Notes: generated from the letters alone by a model not told the origin. A stretch of DNA of 40,012 bases from a bacterium (GCA_043800435.1 JAZDMY010000043.1:1-40012); one strand, 5' to 3'. Shown: positions 17,591 through 27,613, counted from the first letter of the stretch. Made by a program: numbers and translations.

Positions 17591-18742
17591 ATGCCTTTGA
17601 GATCTAAAAAAATATTATACGCTGTTTCTATTCTTGCAGGCTCTATAATTGGAGTTGGGATTTTCGGACTTCCTTATATAGCATCAAAAGTCGGATTTTG
17701 GCCGATATTTTTTTATTTATGCGGCGGCGCAATAATTGTTTTGGCAGTGCATTTAATATACAGCCAGATTATCATAGCCAGAAATAGAAATGAACGTCTG
17801 CCAGGACAGGTTAATGATGTCTTTGGGAAAAAATGGGGGACATTGGTATTTATTAATTTTCTCTTAGGATTATTCGCTTCCCAATTAGTTTATATTATTG
17901 TCGGCGGGAAATTCTTATATGGACTTGTCAATCTTTTTTACCCCGCGTCATTAACCTTATGTTCCCTTATCTTTTTTGTTTTTGGCTCTTTTTTAATTTA
18001 TAAAGATATTGAATATATAGCCCAAGCGGAATTTTTAATGCTTATATTCTTAATTTTAATCGTCTTTGTGATATTTTTTTTAAGCATACCTAAAATTAAT
18101 ATTGCAAATTTTGCGCGATATGATTTAAAAAATATATTCCTGCCTTATGGCATAGTGATATTTTCTTTTTGGGGGACATCAATACTTCCCGAATTTATAG
18201 AAATGCTTGCAGGCAAAAAAAGAAAAAAAAATCAGGATATAAATAAAGAAGCGACACGGGCAAATATTTACGCTATTTTAATAAGTTTGTTTACTTATCT
18301 TTTTTTTGTTATAGCGGTATTAGGGGTGAGCGGCGCAATGACATCCATGGAAGCATTTGAGGGATTAAAGCCGTTTTTTTCGCAAAAGATAATGTATGCC
18401 GCTTATTTGTTCGGTTTTTTATGCGTTTTTACATCTTTCTTGGCGTCTGGCTTAACTATAAAAAAATGTTTTATTTTTGATTATAAATTAAGCAATAAAT
18501 TATCTTTCATTTTATCAACATCAATCCCTATTTTTTTATTTTTTTTAAATTTTCAAAATTTTATAAGCATTATAAATTTTATAGGCAATTTCACTTTCGG
18601 CATTGCAGGAATTTCCATCTTCGCATTGTATTTAAAATTAAAAAAAACAAAAAAAATAAAAAATTATCTTTTTTCAAATTATACTGTTTACGCTATGATG
18701 ATTTTATTTTTATCAGGAATCATTTTATGCTTTAAAAAATAG
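17591..18742 (+). CDS. amino-acid permease (APC superfamily, aromatic amino-acid/Mtr-TnaB-like)
   Basis: 383 aa and about 11 hydrophobic segments. The N-terminal SILAGSIIGVGIFGLPY motif is typical of this transporter family. Confidence 0.65.
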   Translation: MPLRSKKILYAVSILAGSIIGVGIFGLPYIASKVGFWPIFFYLCGGAIIVLAVHLIYSQIIIARNRNERLPGQVNDVFGKKWGTLVFINFLLGLFASQLVYIIVGGKFLYGLVNLFYPASLTLCSLIFFVFGSFLIYKDIEYIAQAEFLMLIFLILIVFVIFFLSIPKINIANFARYDLKNIFLPYGIVIFSFWGTSILPEFIEMLAGKKRKKNQDINKEATRANIYAILISLFTYLFFVIAVLGVSGAMTSMEAFEGLKPFFSQKIMYAAYLFGFLCVFTSFLASGLTIKKCFIFDYKLSNKLSFILSTSIPIFLFFLNFQNFISIINFIGNFTFGIAGISIFALYLKLKKTKKIKNYLFSNYTVYAMMILFLSGIILCFKK

Positions 18743-18764
18743 AAATTATTTATAGTGAACCCCT

Positions 18765-18834
18765 CCCTGCGGCAGAGACCGCAGGGCGGCGTCAGGGCTG
18801 CAGGGTAGGAAACCCCGTGGCAGAGACCACGGGG
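18765..18834. repeat. twin hairpins with identical CAGAGA loops and compensatory stem changes
   Basis: CCCTGCGG-CAGAGA-CCGCAGGG lies at 18765-18786 and CCCCGTGG-CAGAGA-CCACGGGG at 18813-18834. Both are perfect 8-bp stems. Confidence 0.7.
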
Positions 18835-18978
18835 CGTAAAAATCTGTTAAAACTGGACTATTGATTTTTTTAGAATAGATGCTATAATAATTTTTAAGTT
18901 TTGTAAAATATAAAATAATCCCCAAAAGCATTAAATATGTTTTTGGCCGCAATCCCCAGCCAAAGATGGACTTAAAAA

Positions 18979-20431
18979 ATGAGGCAAGAATTTTGCCGAA
19001 AAATTAAGTTTAAAATAAGCGGGGGCTTTTTTATTTGCCTTTTTTTTCTGCAGAAAAAAATTTTAAAAATATTTTCTTCGTCCGCGCCTAAAAATTTACA
19101 GCGCAGATTTATAATTTTCTTTATCTTATTCTCATTGCTCGTGATTTTATTCGGAAAACTTTTTTTTGATATGGAATCGCCGAATATCATCTTATATTTT
19201 TACGGCATTTCGGTCTCTTTCGTGCTTTTGATAACTTTTTATTTCGCCTTTTTTAAGTATAGCGATCCTTATTTAGCGGCCGCCGCGATTAATCCTGAAG
19301 GAAAAAATAATTATTTGGTAAGTTGCATGGTCGCGGTTAAGGATGAGGAAAAAATCATAGAGCAATGCATCCTTTCTTTTTTAAAACAAACTTATAAAAA
19401 TAAAGAAATAATTTTTGTCAATGACGCGAGTTGCGATAATACGGAAAAAATATTAGATGAGTACGCGAAGAAAAAATTAATTTCCGTAATTCATCTTAAA
19501 AAAAATATCGGGAAAAAACGGGCGCTTGGGAAAGCGATGCTTATGGCAAAAGGGGAAATATTCGTTTTTTCCGACAGCGATTCAATACTTGCGCCTGATG
19601 CGATTTTTAAAATAGTTAAAATTTTTAAAGCATTTCCAAATATCGGCGCGGTTAGCGGACATTGCCGAGCATTAAACGGCAATAAAAATTTTTTGACGAA
19701 AATTCAGGATTCGTGGTACGAAGGGCAATTTTCCGTTCGCAAGGCCTTTGAAAGTTTTTTTGGCGCCGTGAGCTGCGTTTCCGGTCCTTTGGCTGTTTTT
19801 CGAAAAGAAGCGATTTTTAATTATATACCTGCTTGGGAAAATGATTCTTTCCTCGGTCAGGAATTTAAATTTGCGACCGATCGGACTTTAACCGGCTTTG
19901 TGCTCGGCAGCAATGCTATAGGTAAGAAATTGAAAAAAAAAGTATTCAGATTCTTTGTTTGTTAGATCAATTGATTACCCTGAAAAGGATTGGGATATCG
20001 TTTATACGAAATCCGCAAAAGTATGGACGCAAGTCCCAGATACTGTTGGAAAAATGTTCAAGCAGCAAGTGAGATGGAAAAAAAGTTTTATAAGAAATAT
20101 GTTTTTTACCGGAAAATTCTATTGGCAAAAACCGTTTTTGCCCGCTTTTTTTTATTATTTGCACCTGCTTTTCGTAATAATAGGACCAGTTATCGCTTTT
20201 AGGCATTTAGTCTATATACCGCTTAAAGGCGATATATATTCCGCCTTTTTATACTTGGCCGGCATTGTTTTTATAGGATTTTTATTCGGCTTGGCTTATA
20301 GATATGAAAATAATGATTCCCAAAATTGGATTTATCGTCCGCTAATGAGTATATTATCAACTTTAGTTTTGTCGTGGCTAATTTTTTATTCAGCCCTTAC
20401 AATTAAAAAAATGACATGGTCAAGAGGATAA
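18979..20431 (+). pseudogene. processive family-2 glycosyltransferase (chitin/hyaluronan/NodC-type synthase) interrupted by a frameshift in an A9 tract
   Basis: VNDASCDNT, FSDSDS and TDRTLT are in the 18979-19965 frame. IVYTKSAKVWTQVP and QQVRWKKS, plus the C-terminal TM segments, are in the +1 frame (19955-20431). The switch is at A9 19933-19941. Removing one A gives a continuous ...LKKKYSDSLFVRSIDYPEKDW... Confidence 0.75.
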
Positions 20432-23400
20432 AAAAAATTGAATATGCGATTTTTCTCGGCGGAATAATTATTTTTTTAATTATTGCGTATCATTATTTTT
20501 ATTTTTTTTTAAAAAATATATCCGTGAGTCAAGAAAAACAGATAGAAAAAAAAAATAAAACATGGTTTTTGGCAGTGCGCGGATGATGAGATATCCATCG
20601 ATGTTTCGGGCGGCAATATATGCAGGAAAAAAGCAGATAATTCGTACTCAATATGGGAAAAAATTTATGATACATATCCGAAATTTGCAGACGGAAAAGA
20701 AATTATATACAACTTTATTGACAAGGGAGATATACAAATAGCTGACAGATACCTTAATGATTGGCATGATGTTGAGCGTTTTGTTCCGATTCAAATAAAG
20801 CCGATTACATGGGAAGAAAATTATTATGATGAAAAGTACTGGCGGTTTGTATTTTACAGCTTGCGTTCGCTAAGGCATCTTTTATTCGCCGGCGGAAAAA
20901 TTAAGAATAGTGACTATGATAATAAATTTAAAGAAATCGTTGAAAGTTTTATAAATAACGGCATGGATAAAAAATACGCATGGGATGATTATCATGCCGT
21001 GGCTTTTAGAACTATGGTTCTCGTTGATGCTTGGTGGAAATTGCGAGAAAGAAATGCCCTTTCTCTTGATTTAAGCAATAAGATTTTAGAAACTTTGAAA
21101 GTTCATGGCGACTTTATGCTTGACCGAAAGCATTATGAATCTGGACGAAATCACGGACTTAATGAAATTGCCTCTTTGCTTTTGCTTTCAACAAGTTTTC
21201 CCGATATTGAAGGGGCAAAAGATTGGCATGCTGCCGCGACGAAAAGATTGGAAGAAAGCGCGGCCATATTAATTGACGATGATGGAAGTTTAGTAGAAAA
21301 TTCGTCTTATTATCATTTTTATGTTTTGGAGAAATATTGGGAAATATACGATTATATGCAGCGGTATTATATCCCTGCGGGCGATTTTTTTAAAGAAAGG
21401 CTTAATAAAATGATATTATACAGCACATTTATTCTTCAACCGAATTTAGATGTGCCGCTGCTTGGGGCATCAATTGAAAAAAAAAATAAAATTAGCGGAT
21501 GAATTTAAGGAAATAGCAGAAGCCAGTCCCCAATTTCTTTATGTCCTCTCGCAAGGTAAACAAGGCGAGGCGCCAATCCAACTGAATAAATATTATCCTA
21601 TTACAGGGGAAACTATCATCCGTTCAGGATGGGGCAATAAAGATAATTATGAAAATCAAACCCAGCTTATTTTTGATGTCGGTCCTTATAGAACCGAACA
21701 TAGCGATTTAGATGCGCTTAACTTTATCCTTTATAGCAACGGCTTAAATATGATAACCGATTCAGGGCTTTATACTTATGAAGAGGGGTTCTACAAATCA
21801 TATTTTCACGGCTCAAGAGCGCATAATACAGTTGTAGTTGACGGTATGGACCAAAAATTAGGCACAGCAAGCGCGGGAAATTTTTTTGAAGGCGAAGGGT
21901 ATGTTTACCAATCCGGGCAGCATAATCTTTATAGCGGAGTAAGCCATCAAAGAGGAATTTTACTTATCGGGCATGATGTCGTGATTATTATAGATCGTCT
22001 TACTTCCGAAGATGAACATAAATATGAACAACTTTTCCATTTTTCTCCCGAGTTAGATTTATCTTTTGACGATTTAAATATTACCGGTGTCGGTTCAGGC
22101 AACGGTCGTGAAATTAGAATTTATCAGTTGGTTAAAGATGATATAAAGATTAATTCGGCATTCGGACAGGCATCTCCTCCTGACGGTTTATGTTCGTTTG
22201 AATATGAAAAAGCAGTGCCTTGTTATGCCGTTTCATATGAAAAACACGGAAAAACGGCCAATTATATCACAATTCTTGAAATAGGACGGCATGATAATAG
22301 TTTTTTCGCGAACGTAGAGAATAATATAGTAAATATCCGAAAAAATAATATGGATATTTCAGCCGCAATAAATTTTACGCCGAGTTTTGAAAAAGAAATA
22401 ATTGTTAAAAATAATAGCATGCCGTATCCGCCAATAAAAAATTTCTCGGATTTATTGGTTAAAAAAAACATTGATGATTCTTCGCGAGACAAGGATTTAG
22501 AGATTGCTTCTATTGATGGCTCGGCATCTTCAGTTATAAAAAATATTGCTTTGGATCTTTCCGATAAAAATATTTTTTTTCGGATTAGAGTTGAGGGCAT
22601 AACAGAGACAAATAACCTTGAACTTTCTTTTTTTAACGGAGACGGAAAATATGTCACAAATAATTTAAAAAATTCATATCGGTCGGAGGATGACGGCGAA
22701 TGGTTAGATGTAAGTATTGGTAAAAGCAAGGAAAGGAATAAGGGAGGATGGCGAGAATGCGGGAAGGGAGATTTTGATTGGTCAAAAATCGAAAAACTAA
22801 AATTTACGATAAAAGCGCAGAAAGGACAAAATCCTTTATTTTATGTCAGCGATTTTAAAACCGTGCAAGAACAGGACGAAGCGGCTTTAATATTTATTTT
22901 TGATGATGCTCATTATTCTGTTTCGTATGCTGCCGAAATTATGAATAAGTACGGCTTAAAAGGGAATACGGCGGTTATCGGCAAATATGTAGATCAATTT
23001 AGAAATTATTTATCTTCAATTGAATTGAAGGAACTGCAAAATGATTACGGATGGAATATGATAAATCATTCATTGATGCATAAAAATGCGCTTACCGAGT
23101 ATTACGAAAATAATAATTTATTAGGACTTGAGGATGATATTTTAAGCGGCGCAAAGGTTTTAATTGACAATAAATTAAATTCAGCTCCGAATTGGTATAT
23201 TTATCCGAATGGAGCGACAAATGCTGAAATAAAAAATATTGTGGGAAAATATTATAAATTTGCCAGAGTTACAGCGGAACAGCCGGAGATTTTTCCTTTT
23301 GGAGATCCCTTATCGGTTAAGAATTTTTCCGTAAAGGATACGACTCCTGCGGAAGATGTGATTAAAGCGATTTCTGACGCTAAAAAATATAAAACTTCGC

Positions 23401-23717
23401 TGTTTTTAACTTTTCATAGGATAAAAAAATTTCCTGATGACAAGATAGGGTATGATATGGGAAATTTTGAGGCCATTGTTAAGAATGCCGCCGAAAGCGA
23501 TATTAAAGTAAAAACGCTTAGCGAATTTGATAGAGATAACGGGATATTAATAAATGAGATGCTTATAAAAGATGCAGTACCTGAGCAATTAGCTTTTGAT
23601 GTTAAAATAAATACAGGCAGTAAAGAATTAAAAAAAATTATTATAGCCATAGCGCTAATTTTAATAACATCAACAATATTTTTCGTAAACAGGCATACTT
23701 TAGGAGTAAGACGCTAA
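20416..23717 (+). pseudogene. membrane-anchored heparinase II/III-like lyase fused to a NodB-type polysaccharide deacetylase; two frameshifts in A10 tracts
   Basis: ATG 20416 opens a signal-anchor ORF (MVKRIKKIEYAIFLGGIIIFLIIAYHYF...). It continues in the +1 frame at A10 20546-20555 and again at A10 21477-21486. Motifs: EHSDLDALNFILYSNG...TDSG, RAHNTVVVDG, deacetylase IFIFDDAHYS and NHSLMH, and a C-terminal TM. Confidence 0.7.
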
Positions 23718-23742
23718 GGCTTAGAGTTTTTTATCAAACTAT

Positions 23743-24612
23743 ATGATGAAAAAAATTATTATAATAATTATTCCTTTATCCTTCTTTTATCTTTATTTTT
23801 TTAAATATTTTTCCGGTAATTTATTTACGGAAAAAATTAAAAATTCAATTTACCCAAAATTAATTTCGTCCGATGTTGTGGAATTCAGCGATGAATTTAA
23901 TGTTGAAGAAATAATTCAGGAAACAGGAAAAATGGAAAAAAGTTTCAGTTCCGACTGGTGGCTTAATTCAGGCGGCTTATTTATAAAGAAAAACGGCGTT
24001 GGAAGCACTGCTAAGGGTGAATTAGCGGCGTGCGATAAATGGAGAATAGATTACCAAAATTATAATCCGGAAAGCACTGACGATGGATTTCATCCTCAAA
24101 ATATTTTCCGGCTTGTTCTAAAGAAAAAGCTGCGTGATTTTAGCCAAGAAACATATTTTCGCATCGTTAAAAATAATTTTAGCAAAAGTATCCATCGTAA
24201 TGAATCAAACGGAATATTATTTTTTAATAGGTATAAAGATGGGGATAATTTATATTATGCGGGCTTAAGAGTTGATGGAGCGGCGGTAATAAAGAAAAAA
24301 ATAAACGGAGAATACTTTACAATAGCTTATAGGAAAATTTTTAACGGGAGTTATGACCGTGAAAAAAATTTAAATCTTCTTCCTGCGGGAAAATGGATTG
24401 GTTTAAAAACTGAGATATATAATATTGGAGAAGATGTCAATTTAAAAATATATATGGATAAAGATAATTCAGGCAATTGGGACTTAGCGCTGGAGGCAAC
24501 GGATAACGGCTCTTCTTTCGGCGGAGCGGCGTTATCGGAAGAAAATTACGCTGGCATCCGCACTGACTTTATGGATGTTGATTTCGATAATTATAAAATT
24601 AAAAGTTTATAA
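23743..24612 (+). CDS. hypothetical N-terminally anchored extracytoplasmic protein
   Basis: 289-aa ORF with a hydrophobic N-terminus (KIIIIIIPLSFFYLYFF). The remainder is predicted beta-rich. No family recognised. Confidence 0.55.
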   Translation: MMKKIIIIIIPLSFFYLYFFKYFSGNLFTEKIKNSIYPKLISSDVVEFSDEFNVEEIIQETGKMEKSFSSDWWLNSGGLFIKKNGVGSTAKGELAACDKWRIDYQNYNPESTDDGFHPQNIFRLVLKKKLRDFSQETYFRIVKNNFSKSIHRNESNGILFFNRYKDGDNLYYAGLRVDGAAVIKKKINGEYFTIAYRKIFNGSYDREKNLNLLPAGKWIGLKTEIYNIGEDVNLKIYMDKDNSGNWDLALEATDNGSSFGGAALSEENYAGIRTDFMDVDFDNYKIKSL

Positions 24613-24624
24613 CTGATTTTCTCT

Positions 24625-25368
24625 ATGGATAATCATATAATAATTTTAGCGGGCGGGAAGGGAACACGGATGAAAGCGGAATGTCCGAAAGTATTATGCA
24701 AAATCAAAGGAATTTCAATAATACAGCATCTTTTACTCGGACTCGGGCATTCGTGGAATATATCAATAATAATTGGGCATAAAGGGGAAGAAATTATTAA
24801 GAAATTAGGAAGCCAGTATCATTATATCTGGCAGAATGAACAATTAGGAACAGGGCATGCCGTTAAATGCGCTATGCCGCATTTAATCCATAAAATTTTT
24901 AAAAATATTATTGTAATACCTGGCGATCATCCTTTTATAAACGCAGGGACGATTCGCTGTTTATTAAATTCCCGTGAAGAAAATAATGCGTGCATTTCTT
25001 TAGCGAGTCTTATCGCGCCGGATTTTAATAATGAATATAAATCATTTTATAATTGCGGAAGAGTTATAAGAGATTGCGCGGGAAATATTATGGATATCGT
25101 TGAAGTAAAAGATGCAAAAACGGAAGAAAAATTAATTAAAGAAGTAAATGTAAGCCAATATTGTTTTGACGGAGAGTGGTTATGGAAAAATATAGATAAG
25201 ATAGATAATAATAATAATGCAAAAGAATATTATCTAACTGATTTAATAAAAATTGCTTTTTTACAAAATAAAAAAGTTTGTTCTTTTCACATCAAAAAAA
25301 AGGAGGGTATAGGAGCAAATACATTGGAGCAAATTTCATTATTGGAACTTTTGGAAGTGCAAGATTAA
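24625..25368 (+). CDS. sugar-1-phosphate nucleotidyltransferase (GlmU N-terminal-domain-like)
   Basis: ILAGGKGTRMK signature plus the GTGHA and IPGDHP motifs of the GlmU/RmlA-type pyrophosphorylase fold. No acetyltransferase left-handed-helix domain. Confidence 0.8.
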   Translation: MDNHIIILAGGKGTRMKAECPKVLCKIKGISIIQHLLLGLGHSWNISIIIGHKGEEIIKKLGSQYHYIWQNEQLGTGHAVKCAMPHLIHKIFKNIIVIPGDHPFINAGTIRCLLNSREENNACISLASLIAPDFNNEYKSFYNCGRVIRDCAGNIMDIVEVKDAKTEEKLIKEVNVSQYCFDGEWLWKNIDKIDNNNNAKEYYLTDLIKIAFLQNKKVCSFHIKKKEGIGANTLEQISLLELLEVQD

Positions 25369-25398
25369 TATGGAAACAACTCTATCAGGGAGGAAATA

Positions 25399-26202
25399 AT
25401 GAGTAAGGTAGCAGTATTAATACCCGCATATAACGAAGAGGCAACCATAGGTGTCTTACTTAAAACAATTTCTGAAATGCTTGTAAAAGATTATAAAATA
25501 CTTGTCGTGGACGATGGCTCTACTGATCGCACAGCGGAAATAGCCGGCAAGTATGCTAAAGTGATTGGATTAGGCGAAAACTTAGGAGTAGGCGCTGCGA
25601 CAAAAAAAGGTTTTGAATGCATAGCTGATTATATGCAATGCAGGTACGTTGTGAAACTTGATGGAGACGGGCAGCATGATCCCGCTTATATACTGAAGGT
25701 TGTACGCGAACTGGAAAAAGGCGCCGACTTAGTAATATGTTCTCGCTTTAATCCGCTTTCGGATGTTAGCAACGCTACGCAGGACAGAATATTATTAAAT
25801 TATATTTTTAGCAGCATGGTTTCAAGAGTAACGGGATGGGAATTAACTGATGTGCGCAGCGGTTTTATGGGATTTTGCTCTGAGGATATAATCCGTATTT
25901 CTGATATTATTACTCCAAGATACGGTGTTCCTATGGAGTTGATTATCCGTTTATGGAATAGCAAGCCATTGGCAAGAGTAGTTGAGATTTCACATCCCGC
26001 TAAATATGGCGGGACAAGAAAATTAGAAAGAAAATATGAGAAAGAAACGATTGAAATGAAATCAAGGCGATTTACGGAAGCTTATATGGCATTATTAAAT
26101 ATATTGCAGGCGTTAAACATTAATCTATGCGACCATGCTTACTTTGAAGAGATAAGTATAAGATCGCAATTATTTTCTCCTTTTTCTATACCCTGTGTTT
26201 AA
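25399..26202 (+). CDS. family-2 glycosyltransferase (Dpm1/polyprenol-phosphate glycosyltransferase-like)
   Basis: Motifs VLIPAYNEE, VVDDGSTDRT and LDGDGQHD. GGGAGGA Shine-Dalgarno motif upstream of the ATG. Locally higher G+C than its neighbours: hand counts of two 60-nt lines gave 40 and 52 %. Confidence 0.8.
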   Translation: MSKVAVLIPAYNEEATIGVLLKTISEMLVKDYKILVVDDGSTDRTAEIAGKYAKVIGLGENLGVGAATKKGFECIADYMQCRYVVKLDGDGQHDPAYILKVVRELEKGADLVICSRFNPLSDVSNATQDRILLNYIFSSMVSRVTGWELTDVRSGFMGFCSEDIIRISDIITPRYGVPMELIIRLWNSKPLARVVEISHPAKYGGTRKLERKYEKETIEMKSRRFTEAYMALLNILQALNINLCDHAYFEEISIRSQLFSPFSIPCV

Positions 26203-26235
26203 AATTAAATCCCCGTTTTTATCCCCCCTTTACAT

Positions 26236-26274
26236 AAGGAGGCGCGCCATATTGACGTGCCTCCTTCATTTATT
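26236..26274 (+). terminator. hairpin after the GT2 gene
   Basis: AAGGAGGCGCG (26236-26246) pairs with CGTGCCTCCTT (26256-26266), including one G-U pair. The loop is 9 nt and is followed by CATTTATT. Confidence 0.5.
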
Positions 26275-26302
26275 GCAATTATAAACAAAATGATGTAGAA
26301 TT

Positions 26303-26319
26303 TCTCTATATGATAGAGA
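26303..26319. repeat. 7-3-7 inverted repeat upstream of the ABC ATPase gene (possible operator)
   Basis: TCTCTAT-ATG-ATAGAGA read directly, 31 nt upstream of ATG 26350. The functional role is not supported beyond its position. Confidence 0.25.
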
Positions 26320-26349
26320 GCTCATTTAATTTTTAGAATAATTAAATTT

Positions 26350-27069
26350 ATGTTAATAAGCGCTGAAAATTTACAAAAGGATTACATTAATGAGGATGTT
26401 ATTACCTCCGTTTTATGCGGCGTAAGTTTTACAGTTGATAAAGGGGAATTTTTATCAATTATGGGACCGTCCGGTTCGGGAAAGTCCACTTTAATGCATA
26501 TTTTAAGTTTTTTGGATAAACCCACGGGCGGGTTATATAAATTTAATGATAAAGACGTGACAAAATTTGATGATGATACGCTCGCCGATATGCGAAATTT
26601 TGAGGTTGGATTTATTTTTCAAAGTTTTAATTTACTCGCGCGAACTACGGTTTTAGACAATGTGAAATTGCCGCTTCTTTACTCAAACATAAAAAAATCA
26701 GAGCATAATAGGCGGGCAAAAGAAGCTTTGGAAAACGTAGGGCTTTCGCACAGGTTGTATCATCTTTCAAATCAGCTTTCAGGCGGAGAAAAGCAAAGAG
26801 TCGCGATCGCCCGCGCGCTCGTTAATGATCCGAAAGTTATTTTCGCTGATGAGCCGACCGGGAATTTAGACAGTAAATCAGGGAAACAGGTTATGGAAAT
26901 ATTGCAAAAACTGCACGACGAGGGACGGACGATAATTTTAGTAACGCACGAAAAATATACAGCGGAACATGCCGCGCGGATTATCCGTGTCTTAGACGGG
27001 AAAATTTTATCAGACGAAAGAGTTGTAAATCAAGTCCGCGCCAGGAATGAAAAAGAACTTATGAAATAA
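26350..27069 (+). CDS. ABC transporter ATP-binding protein (MacB/LolD type)
   Basis: Walker A GPSGSGKST, Q-loop, signature LSGGEKQR, Walker B VIFADEPT and H-loop VTHE. Confidence 0.9.
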   Translation: MLISAENLQKDYINEDVITSVLCGVSFTVDKGEFLSIMGPSGSGKSTLMHILSFLDKPTGGLYKFNDKDVTKFDDDTLADMRNFEVGFIFQSFNLLARTTVLDNVKLPLLYSNIKKSEHNRRAKEALENVGLSHRLYHLSNQLSGGEKQRVAIARALVNDPKVIFADEPTGNLDSKSGKQVMEILQKLHDEGRTIILVTHEKYTAEHAARIIRVLDGKILSDERVVNQVRARNEKELMK

Positions 27070-27130
27070 ATTTAAACTCTGATCGGTTTGAATATAATAA
27101 TATATCTTATAAAGTTATAGATTTATTTTT

Positions 27131-27613
27131 ATGTTAAAAATTGACCTACATTTGCACACCGTGGCCAGCGGTCATGCCTACAATACGATTTTAGAATATA
27201 TCAATCATGCTAAAAAATTAAAAATGAAAATCATCGGCATTAGCGATCATGGACCTGGGAGCGGGGAACTAAGCGAGATTTATTTCAAGTGTCTGAGAAG
27301 AATCCCCCGTTTTGTAGATAAGGTGATGATTTTAAGAGGAATTGAGGCCAACATTATAAATGAGAAAGGAGATATTGATATTTCAGATAAGGTGATCAAG
27401 CGCTTGGATTATGTGATGGCTAATTTTCATGAGGAAACGCCATATAATAATTTAGGAATTGAAAAAAATACAGCTGCTCTAATAAAAACCATTAAGTCGG
27501 GAAAAATAAAAATTATTTCTCATCCTTTTTATAATAAAGCGGCTCCTGTTGATATGAGACCAGTAAGCGAAGAAGCATGCAAGAAGGATGTCCTTTTAGA
27601 AATAACCGCCTAA
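27131..27613 (+). CDS. PHP-domain phosphoesterase (YcdX-like), C-terminally truncated
   Basis: DLHLHTVASGHA, IGISDHGP, GIEANI, ANFHE and ISHP motifs are present. The ORF stops at ...LLEITA, before the final metal-ligand motif (..DAH) that I expect in this family. Repeat elements follow directly. Confidence 0.65.
   Translation: MLKIDLHLHTVASGHAYNTILEYINHAKKLKMKIIGISDHGPGSGELSEIYFKCLRRIPRFVDKVMILRGIEANIINEKGDIDISDKVIKRLDYVMANFHEETPYNNLGIEKNTAALIKTIKSGKIKIISHPFYNKAAPVDMRPVSEEACKKDVLLEITA

Noticed and set aside
18746-18952. 68-aa minus-strand ORF across the twin hairpins
   Set aside because: Its C-terminal half is simply the translation of the two GC-rich hairpins (…PRGFLPCSPDAALRSLPQGG…). It has no RBS and no coding-like composition.
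20584-21502. Alternative genetic code (UGA read as an amino acid) to explain the TGA-terminated short ORFs
   Set aside because: Reading through TGA at 20584 hits a second TGA and then TAA within about 20 codons in a non-protein-like frame. The conserved sequence continues in the +1 frame at the A tracts instead. All other genes are intact under the standard code.
22262-23650. Minus-strand ORFs 22262-22729 and 23414-23650 inside the lyase-deacetylase gene
   Set aside because: These are shadow ORFs with Ser/Phe/Ile-rich translations. The sense strand carries recognisable domains.
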